This document shows, in pieces, positions 11,401 through 22,800 of a stretch of 64,000 bases of DNA; position 1 is the first letter of the stretch, and the number at the start of each line of letters is the position of its first letter. The DNA lies in NCBI GenBank assembly GCA_002104945.1, contig MCFH01000003.1, positions 434,001 through 498,000 on the forward strand, written 5' to 3'. The position numbers and the translations under genes are program-made. Source of the DNA: Piromyces finnis finn (Eukaryota > Fungi > Neocallimastigomycota). The notes below the pieces were generated by a model that searched no databases, was not told where the DNA came from, and saw nothing but the letters and a program-made list of their open reading frames with translations.

Positions 11401-12989
11401 AGCTCGTCTGCAATTGAAAAAGCAGTTGAAGTAAACTCTTTGGAAAGTTCATCTGTAGAAACATTAGGATCGTTGAATTTTGCTGAAAGAATTTGGAATT
11501 TATTATGACTGATAATAGATTCCTTTTCCTCAATACATTTTAATCTATTCCATTTCAGAATTTTCTTAGGAACATTAAAGTCATTAGAAAAATCTTCCAT
11601 AGGAATAATTTTACCATTAATAAGAAGTGGCTTATGGTCTGATACAGGATAAAAATTATTTATAAATGATCCTGAGTGAATAAGATCTTTCATCTTCGAA
11701 TTGATAAGAGCATGGTCAATGTCGGAAGATTGATCACCTCGAGTCCAAGAGATAGTAGACCCTCTAAGCGGAAGAATTTCCCAATCTCCTAATCCATTAG
11801 TTGATAACCAGTTGGATAATTTTACTTTAGACATATTAAAATCACCAACAAGAATCGATGGATGGGATGAATGAGTTTGTAACCACAAGCGAACTTCTAA
11901 CTTTGCATGATCAACATAGATGTTGTGATGACTATGAGGCATATAAACATTACCAATCGAGCATTTGAATCTATTCCAGAGACTAAAAGTATAAATAGAA
12001 ATAATATACTTTCCAGAGAAGTTTTCAAGTGAGGCTTGACATGAATTGTGAAAACCTAAATATAAACCTCTCATTCCTGGAACTGATTCGTCAGCTTTCT
12101 TGAAAAAGTGTCTATAGTTTCGCAAAGTAACACGACAAGGATAATCTGTATTCGATCCAGAACCATTACCAGTTTCTTGGAAACATAAAAATAATGGTTT
12201 GAAAATAGCTGTGAAATAGCTAATACTATCTCTCTTTTCATGATTCCACCCATTGGTGTTCCAACTAAGACAAAAAGAAAAGTTATCAGGCTTGTTGGAT
12301 GAGGAAGAATCGTTGCTATTATTATTATTATCAAGGTCATCATTATTAATGGATGATGCATCAGAGGAATAAGTAGAACTATTACTAGATGGCTGTGAAA
12401 CTGAAGAACTATCAACTATTGAACTGTTATCAGAGTTGATAGAGCTATTAGAATTAATTGTTGAATGTTGAGATTGAAATTGTGTTTGCTGTAGATCTGG
12501 AATATTTTCATGATTGGAAACTTGTTGAAGATCTTGTTGAAGATCTTGTTGAAGATCGGATTGTTGATGAGATTGTTGAACTGATTGTTGAAATGATTGT
12601 TGAATAGAATGTTGATGTTTATTAGAAACTAAAATTTTACGTTTGAGAGTGGAAAAAGTGTATTTGTGATTCCTTCTACTACGAGCTGAAAAGGAAATTG
12701 AGGTAACTGAAAGTTTCTTCTTTAACATGTGTAAGATTTTAATACAATCTTTTGATGAACCATGAACCTTGACTAAGAAAAAGTGATCATTGAAAGTCTG
12801 AAAATATTTAACACTAATAACTGAATTAAATTTATCTTCTAGAATAACCTCGAGTTTTTCCCATAGCATATTTACTGACCATGATCGAATACCACGGATA
12901 AAGAAGGAGCGAATATCATCTAAGGGGATACCATAAGACCGGGTACCACGTCTGATATAATTCTTATCTTTAATATAAAGGACTGACAT
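8490..12989 (-). CDS. LINE-type APE-RT-CCHC polyprotein, 1499 aa, intact
   Basis: Same motifs as 1169-5707; uninterrupted ORF. Confidence 0.96.
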   Translation of the reverse strand: MSVLYIKDKNYIRRGTRSYGIPLDDIRSFFIRGIRSWSVNMLWEKLEVILEDKFNSVISVKYFQTFNDHFFLVKVHGSSKDCIKILHMLKKKLSVTSISFSARSRRNHKYTFSTLKRKILVSNKHQHSIQQSFQQSVQQSHQQSDLQQDLQQDLQQVSNHENIPDLQQTQFQSQHSTINSNSSINSDNSSIVDSSSVSQPSSNSSTYSSDASSINNDDLDNNNNSNDSSSSNKPDNFSFCLSWNTNGWNHEKRDSISYFTAIFKPLFLCFQETGNGSGSNTDYPCRVTLRNYRHFFKKADESVPGMRGLYLGFHNSCQASLENFSGKYIISIYTFSLWNRFKCSIGNVYMPHSHHNIYVDHAKLEVRLWLQTHSSHPSILVGDFNMSKVKLSNWLSTNGLGDWEILPLRGSTISWTRGDQSSDIDHALINSKMKDLIHSGSFINNFYPVSDHKPLLINGKIIPMEDFSNDFNVPKKILKWNRLKCIEEKESIISHNKFQILSAKFNDPNVSTDELSKEFTSTAFSIADELSITSANNVIKSSFHISQQIFNLQKIKMKLYKRFKKERIYDIDEFIKRIKIYRKLIDYIHKRCNEFRKQEYLHWIKTGCEYMKSHNPKKAWKWIKKTAKIGKDSFFIAQPIKNKNGELVVATEEQLDVWHDHFENLASDPSGVSLDLEHWYEEPTNKRFSLPMLDEWDINQDISIDEVKSAILTTPNYKASGPDGIPIEFYKALVPSSNDSNNATDNNSSSNTTSDNDAHGLNFILKLFNRIWDGDFPSSWNESSIVSIPKKGDLTDCDNYRGISLINNGIKLISKIVTTRISEYGLKNNFIRPEQFGFRKKEESISLFISIQEICRRRQLDNKETYLAFLDLRKAYDSVPIGNILHKLDCLGIRGKSLQFIKNLYLTSKANVKLDGQFSKSFDVKKGVRQGCPLSPILFNLFINDIFRECEDLGVSLGDTRCCGGLFADDIVICAPTRGCLKKMLRRVNEWALYNEMEFGIQKCSTMVIRPESIENQNKRDPTFYLAGQPIPTTDCYTYLGVPFDKNLSLKPVIKALNNKVLKGLFSVSKFLRNPNIPIPFKKLVLNSQVISRVSYFAPLLGSNKARSRIAQKHVNKGIRWVAGVHKAVSFISLYSISKDLNIPPLSAKCALAQVRCFNKWKNSNCIISHLVNYIPKFRKYTWCKSSRTLDKKLKKHGDVKAVKNFYWKDLKGNSIKAQYYDDNKFIETKDFIKLCYEYPEFAYGFYWLLKARSGYKLDARVAKAAKFVDPVCPNYCPCCKCGDQSIKHWLLDCPTFRDIRIKHYDSIVQLLNFFSQRNSNSPINNNENVNISRDSNNSNSNSNNINNNNSNNNNSSNRNNNISNDSNSEDNNSNLDSNLVNNSNSSNNPMNINVYDYSSVCSKIFKFLLGGRSFNNINYNSREWKELCKRQIQSGTNEGTPFLTVTAELLTKIMPFAIGQQWSMFKRFEATSKSVNAEETVRQARRASATNGDHNFVP

Positions 12990-13638
12990 GATAATTAATT
13001 CTAATTAAAAAATATTGAATATAAAATAAATACTAATAAAAATTATAAATATAACGTATATGGAAAAAATCTGTCTCTCTCTCTCTTCTTAAAAGTACTG
13101 GATAGTACAAAAATTGTTACGATACTTTGTTTAAAGTTTAAAGTTTCTTTTTTTGAATTCTAGTTGTTAACTTTTTTTAAAAATTCTAGTTTTGGTTTGT
13201 TGTTAGTAAATTCGATTCGCTTTTTGACACTAAACTTGTTTGACTTTACTTTTCATTAAATATTTAAATTGGTAAAAAATTTGAATCAAGAATGTCGACA
13301 CCAGAAAGCTTGTGAATAGTATTTTTACATGATGTAGAGTGAATCAGTCTCTTACAAGAAACAATACAACAATAGCTACATGAATATAAAAGTACAATGC
13401 AAATATTAAAGTTGACTACATTGGATTCTTACAAGAGAAGAGTAGTACTACAAGAATACATGAATAAAAGAAAAAATACAGCAACAAAATGTATTACTCT
13501 TCTAATTAAATACTATACAAACTTACCTGAATATCAAACATTCAACTTATTCATCAAATACTTAATTCGATGAATAAAATGTTTTTTAATCGCTCAGTAC
13601 CATGAGCTTAGTCCTAATAATTTTCCCTTGAAGACTAA

Positions 13639-13883
13639 CCAAGCATCCATTGCGCAATGCTTGGATTTAATTCTTTCTACTCTCTCAGTACCATGAGCAT
13701 GAGTAGACCCCCTTGAGAAACTACATTTATTAAATAAATGAAGGCACATTCCTAAGAGGGCACCAAGCATCCATTGCGCAATACTTGGATTTAATTCTTT
13801 CTACTCTCTCAGTACCATGAGCATGAGTAGACCCCCTTGAGAAACTACATTTATTAAATAAATGAAGGCACGTTCCCAAGAGG
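13639..13883 (-). repeat. Two tandem 124-bp units forming the 5' terminus of E3
   Basis: Units start ccaagcatccattgcgcaat at 13639 and 13763. The same pair is at 19436-19681 (E4) and 25213-26405 (E5, interrupted). A single unit is at 55250-55371 (E7) and a partial unit at 6353-6466 (E1). Confidence 0.9.
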
Positions 13884-13884
13884 A

Positions 13885-13984
13885 TGATTCAGACGAATCA
13901 CCATCGTTGAACATTTCTGATACCAAATTCCATTTCATTACAAGGCCATTCATTAACTCTTCTAAGCATCTTTTTTAAGCATCC
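13885..13984 (-). mobile_element. Remainder of E2 (RT-region sequence) distal to the E3 insertion; E2 is 5'-truncated here
   Basis: Continues the E2 sequence exactly from 8220 (atcaccatcgttgaacatttct...aagcatcc), with several single-base deletions. Confidence 0.85.
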
Positions 13985-14002
13985 TTATTTAAGGCACCAA
14001 CA

Positions 14003-17000
14003 TTTTTTTTTTTTTTTTTTTTTTTAACGGCATCAAATATTTTAAACTTTATTATTAATTTAATTAAAATTATAATACATGTAATATAAAAATTAAAATA
14101 AAATAAAAATAAAAAAAAATATGTTTAAATAAACACAAATGAATAAAAATTGGGTATAATGTATTCTAGTAATTTTAATTAAAGTAAGAAAGCCACTATC
14201 ATACTAAAGTATAATAATTGTATTTGACTTCCAATGGGACACCGAGCCAAAGATCAAAATTTTATCATGGGACAAAATTATGATCTCCATTGGTTGCGCT
14301 GGCCCTCCTGGCCTGTCTTACTGTTTCTTCAGCATTGACGCTCTTGGATGTTGCTTCAAACCTTTTGAACATTGACCATTGCTGGCCAATAGCAAAAGGC
14401 ATGATTTTGGTTAGAAGTTCCGCGGTTACCGTCAAGAATGGTGTTCCTTCGTTAGTACCAGATTGAATCTGACGCTTACAAAGTTCTTTCCATTCCCTTG
14501 AATTGTAATTAATATTGTTAAAACTTCTTCCCCCAAGAAGGAATTTAAATATTTTACTGCACACACTAGAATAATCATACACATTAATATTCACCGGATT
14601 ATTAGAACTATTACTATCATTAACTAAATTACTATCTAAATTAGAATTATTATCTTCACTATTGCTATCATTACTAATATTATTATTTCTATTACTACTA
14701 TTGTTATTATTACTATTGTTACTATTACTATTGTTATTATTACTATTGTTACTATTACTATTAATATTATTACTATCTCTACTGATATTATCAATTTCAT
14801 TATTATTGATAGGACTATTGGAATTACGTTGACTGAAAAAATTTAATAGCTGGACTATGGAATCATAATGTTTAATACGGATATCTCTAAATGTTGGACA
14901 ATCTAATAACCAATGTTTAATACTTTGATCTCCACACTTGCAACATGGACAGTAGTTAGGACAAACTGGATCAACAAATTTGGCAGCTTTGGCAACTCTA
15001 GCATCCAACTTGTATCCGCTTCTTGCTTTCAATAGCCAGTAGAAGCCATAGGCAAACTCTGGGTACTCATAACATAATTTAATAAAATCTTTAGTATCAA
15101 TAAACTTATTATCATCATAATATTGCGCTTTGATTGAATTCCCTTTGAGATCTTTCCAATAAAAGTTTTTAACTGCTTTAACATCTCCATGTTTCTTTAG
15201 TTTTTTATCAAGTGTCCTACTTGATTTGCACCACGTGTATTTTCTAAATTTAGGAATGTAATTGACAAGGTGTGAGATAATACAATTTGAGTTTTTCCAT
15301 TTGTTAAAACATCTAACCTGAGCTAATGCACATTTGGCTGACAATGGAGGAATATTCAAATCTTTTGAGATAGAGTATAAAGATATAAACGATACAGCTT
15401 TATGAACTCCGGCAACCCATCGTATTCCTTTGTTAACATGCTTCTGTGCAATCCTAGACCTGGCTTTGTTGGATCCAAGTAATGGTGCAAAGTATGAAAC
15501 TCTGCTAATCACTTGTGAGTTAAGTACTAGCTTTTTGAAGGGAATAGGAATATTAGGATTTCTTAAGAATTTACTGACTGAGAAAAGTCCTTTCAAAACC
15601 TTGTTATTAAGAGCTTTAATAACTGGTTTAAGGGACAGATTCTTATCAAATGGAACACCAAGATAAGTATAACAATCAGTAGTTGGAATGGGTTGTCCTG
15701 CTAAGTAAAATGTTGGATCTCTCTTGTTCTGATTTTCTATTGATTCAGGACGAATCACCATCGTTGAACATTTCTGGATACCAAATTCCATTTCATTATA
15801 CAAGGCCCATTCATTAACTCTTCTAAGCATCTTTTTTAAGCATCCTCTTGTTGGAGCACAAATAACTATATCATCTGCAAAAAGTCCACCACAGCATCGA
15901 GTGTCACCTAAACTGACTCCGAGATCTTCACACTCTTTAAATATATCATTAATAAAGAGATTAAAGAGAATAGGAGAAAGAGGGCATCCTTGACGGACTC
16001 CTTTCTTCACATCAAAAGATTTCGAGAATTGTCCATCTAATTTGACATTAGCCTTAGATGTTAAATATAAATTTTTGATGAATTGTAAACTCTTACCTCG
16101 GATTCCTAAACAATCTAATTTATGGAGAATATTACCGATTGGGACTGAATCGTATGCTTTCCTGAGATCTAAAAAGGCCAAATATGTCTCTTTATTATCT
16201 AATTGACGTCTACGGCATATTTCTTGGATTGAAATGAAAAGACTGATACTTTCTTCCTTTTTTCGAAAACCAAATTGTTCAGGTCTAATGAAATTATTCT
16301 TTAGACCATATTCTGAGATTCTAGTGGTGACAATTTTGGAAATCAACTTAATACCATTATTGATAAGTGATATACCTCGATAGTTATCACAATCTGTCAA
16401 ATCTCCCTTCTTAGGAATAGAAACAATACTGGATTCATTCCATGAGTTGGGGAAGTCTCCATCCCAAATACGGTTGTATAATTTAAGAATAAAATTTAAA
16501 CCATAAGCATCATTATCTGAAGTGGTATTACCGGAAGAATTATTATCTGTAGCATTATTAGAATCATTACTTGATGGAATTAATGCTTTGTAAAATTCAA
16601 TTGGAATACCATCCGGACCTGATGCTTTATAATTCGGAGTAGAGAGGATAGCTGACTTGACTTCATCAATACTAATATCTTGGTTGATATCCCATTCATC
16701 AAGCATAGGGAGTGAAAAACGTTTATTCGTTGGTTCTTCATACCAATGCTCCAAATCAAGACTTACGCCACTTGGATCTGATGCAAGATTTTCGAAATGA
16801 TCATGCCACACATCTAGTTGTTCTTCCGTAGCAACAACTAATTCTCCATTTTTATTTTTAATTGGTTGAGCAATAAAGAAAGAATCTTTTCCAATTTTTG
16901 CAGTTTTCTTGATCCATTTCCAGGCCTTCTTAGGATTATGACTCTTCATATACTCACATCCTGTTTTAATCCAATGAAGATATTCTTGTTTCCTAAATTC

Positions 17001-19681
17001 ATTACATCTTTTGTGGATGTAATCAATGAGCTTACGGTAGATTTTAATTCTTTTAATAAATTCATCTATATCATAAATTCTTTCTTTTTTAAATCTCTTA
17101 TACAACTTCATTTTGATTTTTTGGAGATTAAAAATTTGTTGTGAAATATGAAATGAAGACTTTATAACATTATTTGCTGAGGTAATACTGAGCTCGTCTG
17201 CAATTGAAAAAGCAGTTGAAGTAAATTCTTTGGAAAGATCATCTGTAGAAACATTAGGATCGTTGAATTTTGCTGAAAGTATTTGGAATTTATTATGACT
17301 GAGAATAGATTCCTTTTCCTCAATACATTTTAATCTATTCCATTTCAGAATTTTCTTAGGAACGTTAAAGTCATTAGAAAAATCTTCCATAGGAATAATT
17401 TTACCATTAATAAGAAGTGGCTTATGGTCTGATACAGGATAAAAATTATTTATAAATGATCCTGAGTGAATAAGATCTTTCATCTTCGAATTGATAAGAG
17501 CATGGTCAATGTCGGAAGATTGATCACCTCGAGTCCAAGAGATAGTAGACCCTCTAAGCGGAAGAATTTCCCAATCTCCTAATCCATTAGTTGATAACCA
17601 GTTGGATAATTTTACTTTAGACATATTAAAATCACCAACAAGAATCGATGGATGGGATGAATGAGTTTGTAACCACAAGCGAACTTCTAACTTTGCATGA
17701 TCAACATAGATGTTGTGATGACTATGAGGCATATAAACATTTCCAATCGAGCATTTGAATCTATTCCAGAGACTAAAAGTATAAATAGAAATAATATACT
17801 TTCCAGAGAAGTTTTCAAGTGAGGCTTGACACGAATTGTGAAAACCTAAATATAAACCTCTCATTCCCGGAACTGATTCGTCAGCTTTCTTGAAAAAGTG
17901 TCTATAGTTTCGCAAAGTAACACGACAAGGATAATCTGTATTCGATCCAGAACCATTACCAGTTTCTTGGAAACATAAGAATAATGGTTTGAAAATAGCT
18001 GTGAAATAGCTAATACTATCTCTCTTTTCATGATTCCACCCATTGGTGTTCCAACTAAGACAAAAAGAAAAGTTATCAGGCTTGTTGGATGAGGAAGAAT
18101 CGTTGCTATTATTATTATTATTAAAGTCATCGTTATTAATGGATGATGCATCAGAGGAATAAGTAGAACTATTACTAGATGGCTGTGAAACTGAAGAACT
18201 ATCAACTATTGAACTGTTATCAGAGTTGATAGAACTATTAGAATTAATTGTTGAATGTTGAGATTGAAATTGTGTTTGCTGTAGATCTGGAATATTTTCA
18301 TGATGGGAAACTTGTTGAAGATCCTGTTGAAGATCTGTTGAAGATCGGATTGTTGATGAGATTGTTGAACTGATTGTTGAACTGATTGTTGAAATGATTG
18401 TTGAATAGAATGTTGATGTTTATTAGAAACTAAAATTTTACGTTTGAGAGTGGAAAAAGTGTATTTGTGATTCCTTCTACTACGAGCTGAAAAGGAAATT
18501 GAGGTAACTGAAAGTTTCTTCTTTAACATGTGTAAGATTTTAATACAATCTTTTGATGAACCATGAACCTTGACTAAGAAAAAGTGATCATTGAAAGTTT
18601 GAAAATATTTAACACTAATAACTGAATTAAATTTATCTTCTAGAATAACCTCGAGTTTTTCCCATAGCATATTTACTGACCATGATCGAATACCACGGAT
18701 AAAGAAGGAGCGAATATCATCTAAGGGGATACCATAAGACCGGGTACCACGTCTGATATAATTCTTATCTTTAATATAAAGGACTGACATGATAATAAAT
18801 TCTAATTAAAAAATATTGAATATAAAATAAATACTAATAAAAATTACAAATATAACGTATATGGAAAAAAATCTGTCTCTCTCTCTCTTCTTAAAAGTAC
18901 TGGATAGTACAAAAATTGTTACGATGCTTTGTTTAAAGTTTCTTTTTTTTGAATTCTAGTTGTAAATTTTCTTTAAAAATTCTAGTTTTGGTTTGTTGTT
19001 AGTAAATTCGATTCGCTTTTTGACACTAAACTTGTTTGACTTTACTTTTCATTAAATATTTAAATTGGTAAAAAATTTGAATCAAGAATGTCGACACCAG
19101 AAAGCTTGTGAATAGTATTTTTACATGATGTAGAGTGAATCAGTCTCTTACAAGAAACAATACAACAATAGCTACATGAATATAAAAGTACAATGCAAAT
19201 GCTAAAGTTGACTACATTGGATTCTTACAAGAGAAGAGTAGTACTACATGAATACATGAATAAAAGAAAAAATACAGCAACAAAATGTATTACTCTTCTA
19301 ATTAAATACTATACAAACTTACCTGAAAAATCAAACATTCACTTATTCATCAAATACTTAAATTTGATGAATAAAATGTTTTTTAATCGCTCAGTACCAT
19401 GAGCTTAGTCCTAATAATTTTCCCTTGAAGACTAACCAAGCATCCATTGCGCAATGCTTGGATTTAATTCTTTCTACTCTCTCAGTACCATGAGCATGAG
19501 TAGACCCCCTTGAGAAATTACATTTATTAAATAAATGAAGGCACATTCCTAAGAGGGCACCAAGCATCCATTGCGCAATACTTGGATTTAATTCTTTCTA
19601 CTCTCTCAGTACCATGAGCATGAGTAGACCCCCTTGAGAAACTACATTTATTAAATAAATGAAGGCACGTTCCCAAGAGGG
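14003..19681 (-). mobile_element. Copy E4, full length, one frameshift in the QQDL-repeat linker
   Basis: Poly(T) 14003-14025. ORF split into 18206-18790 and 14265-17915 by a 1-nt loss near 18330-18345. 5' end ttcccaagaggg at 19681. Confidence 0.95.
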
Positions 19682-19733
19682 ATACATTATTAAATAATTA
19701 TTTAAATGGCACGTTCCCAAGAGGGTTAATTAT

Positions 19734-19735
<2 letters not shown>

Positions 19736-19819
<84 letters not shown>

Positions 19820-22800
19820 GGCATCAAATATTTTAAACTTTATTATTAATTTAATTAAAATTATAATACATGTAATAAAAATTAAAATAATAAAAATAAA
19901 AAAAATATGTTTAAATAAACACAAATGAATAAAAATTGGGTATAATGTATTCTAGTAATTTTAATTAAAGTAAGAAAGCCACTATCATACTAAAGTATAA
20001 TAATTGTATTTGACTTCCAATGGGACACCGAGCCAAAGATCAAAATTTTGTCATGGAACAAAATTATGATCTCCATTGGTTGCGCTGGCCCTCCTGGCCT
20101 GTCTTACTGTTTCTTCAGCATTGACGCTCTTGGATGTTGCTTCAAACCTTTTGAACATTGACCATTGCTGGCCAATAGCAAAAGGCATGATTTTGGTTAG
20201 AAGTTCCGCGGTTACCGTCAAGAATGGTGTCCTTCATTAGTACCAGATTGAATCTGACGCTTACAAAGTTCTTTCCATTCCCTTGAATTGTAATTGATAT
20301 TGTTAAAACTTCTTCCCCCAAGAAGGAATTTAAATATTTTACTGCACACACTAGAATAATCATACACATTAATATTCACCGGATTATTAGAACTATTACT
20401 ATCATTAACTAAATTACTATCTAAATTAGAATTATTATCTTCACTATTGCTATCATTACTAATATTATTATTTCTATTATTGTTATTATTACTATTGTTA
20501 CTATTACTATTGTTACTATTACTATTGTTATTACTACTATTGTTACTATTACTATTAATGTTATTACTATCTCTACTGATATTATCAATTTCATTATTAT
20601 TGATAGGACTATTGGAATTACGTTGACTGAAAAAATTTAATAGCTGGACTATGGAATCATAATGTTTAATACGGATATCTCTAAATGTTGGACAATCTAA
20701 TAACCAATGTTTAATACTTTGATCTCCACACTTGCAACATGGACAGTAGTTAGGACAAACTGGATCAACAAATTTGGCAGCTTTGGCAACTCTAGCATCC
20801 AACTTGTATCCGCTTCTTGCTTTCAATAGCCAGTAGAAGCCATAGGCAAACTCTGGGTACTCATAACATAATTTAATAAAATCTTTAGTTTCAATAAATT
20901 TATTATCATCATAATATTGCGCTTTGATTGAATTCCCTTTGAGATCTTTCCAATAAAAGTTTTTAACTGCTTTAACATCTCCATGTTTCTTTAATTTTTT
21001 ATCAAGTGTCCTACTTGATTTGCACCACGTGTATTTTCTAAATTTAGGAATGTAATTGACAAGGTGTGAGATAATACAATTTGAGTTTTTCCATTTGTTA
21101 AAACATCTAACCTGAGCTAACGCACATTTGGCTGACAATGGAGGAATATTCAAATCTTTTGAGATAGAGTATAAAGATATAAACGATACAGCTTTATGAA
21201 CTCCGGCAACCCATCGTATTCCTTTGTTAACATGCTTCTGAGCAATCCTAGACCTAGCTTTGTTGGATCCAAGTAATGGTGCAAAGTATGAAACTCTGCT
21301 AATCACTTGTGAGTTAAGTACTAGTTTTTTGAAAGGAATAGGAATATTAGGATTTCTTAAGAATTTACTGACTGAGAAAAGTCCTTTCAAAACCTTGTTA
21401 TTAAGAGCTTTAATTACTGGTTTAAGGGACAGATTCTTATCAAATGGAACACCAAGATAAGTATACAATCAGTAGTTGGAATGGGTTGTCCTGCTAAGTA
21501 AAATGTTGGATCTCTCTTGTTCTGATTTTCTATTGATTCAGGACGAATCACCATCGTTGAACATTTCTGGATACCAAATTCCATTTCATTATACAGGCCC
21601 ATTCATTAACTCTTCTAAGCATCTTTTTTAAGCATCCTCTTGTTGGAGCACAAATAACTATATCATCTGCAAAAAGTCCACCACAGCATCGAGTGTCACC
21701 TAAACTGACTCCTAGATCTTCGCACTCTCTAAATATATCATTAATAAAGAGATTAAAGAGAATAGGAGAAAGAGGGCAACCTTGACGGACTCCTTTCTTC
21801 ACATCAAAAGATTTCGAGAATTGTCCATCTAATTTGACATTAGCCTTAGATGTTAAATATAAATTTTTGATAAATTGTAAACTCTTACCTCGGATTCCTA
21901 AACAATCTAATTTATGGAGAATATTACCGATTGGGACTGAATCGTATGCTTTCCTGAGATCTAAAAAGGCCAAATATGTCTCTTTATTATCTAATTGACG
22001 TCTACGGCATATTTCTTGGATTGAAATGAAAAGACTGATACTTTCTTCCTTTTTTCGAAAACCAAATTGTTCAGGTCTAATGAAATTATTCTTTAGACCA
22101 TATTCTGAGATTCTAGTGGTGACAATTTTGGAAATCAACTTAATACCATTATTGATAAGTGATATACCTCGATAGTTATCACAATCTGTCAAATCTCCCT
22201 TCTTAGGAATAGAAACAATACTGGATTCATTCCATGAGTTGGGGAAATCTCCATCCCAAATACGGTTGAATAATTTAAGAATAAAATTTAAACCATGAGC
22301 ATCATTATCTGAAGTAGTATTACCAGAAGAATTATTATCTGTAGCATTATTAGAATCATTACTTGATGGAATTAATGCTTTGTAAAATTCAATTGGAATA
22401 CCATCCGGACCTGATGCTTTATAATTTGGAGTAGAGAGGATAGCTGACTTGACTTCATCAATACTAATATCTTGGTTGATATCCCACTCATCAAGCATAG
22501 GAAGTGAAAAACGTTTATTCGTTGGTTCTTCATACCAATGCTCCAAATCAAGACTTACACCACTTGGATCTGATGCAAGATTTTCGAAATGATCATGCCA
22601 CACATCTAGTTGTTCTTCCGTAGCAACAACTAATTCTCCATTTTTTTTTTAATTGGTTGAGCAATAAAGAAAGAATCTTTTCCAATTTTTGCAGTTTTTT
22701 GATCCATTTCCAGGCCTTCTTAGGATTATGACTCTTCATATACTCACATCCTGTTTTAATCCAATGAAGATATTCTTGCTTCCTAAATTCATTACATCTT

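Larger units (their letters stand above)
8221..13883 (-). mobile_element. Copy E3, full length, nested in the RT region of E2
   Basis: Poly(T) 8221-8249, intact ORF 8490-12989, 5'UTR with two 124-bp repeats ending ttcccaagagg. Flanked by TSD tgattcag(g)acga at 8208-8220 and 13885-13896. Confidence 0.95.

Noticed and set aside
13639-13883. CRISPR-like or tRNA/5S-derived repeat
   Set aside because: Contiguous 124-bp tandem units without spacers in a eukaryotic element; no cloverleaf or A/B boxes recognised.
19590-19615. Hammerhead core (sense CUGAGAGAGUAGAAAG)
   Set aside because: Does not fit CUGANGA, there is no stem II between CUGA and GAAA, and the bases are better explained by the hairpin. 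No HDV or twister fold could be fitted by eye either.
19733-19924. Poly-Lys ORF
   Set aside because: Translation of the E5 3'UTR and poly(A) tail.
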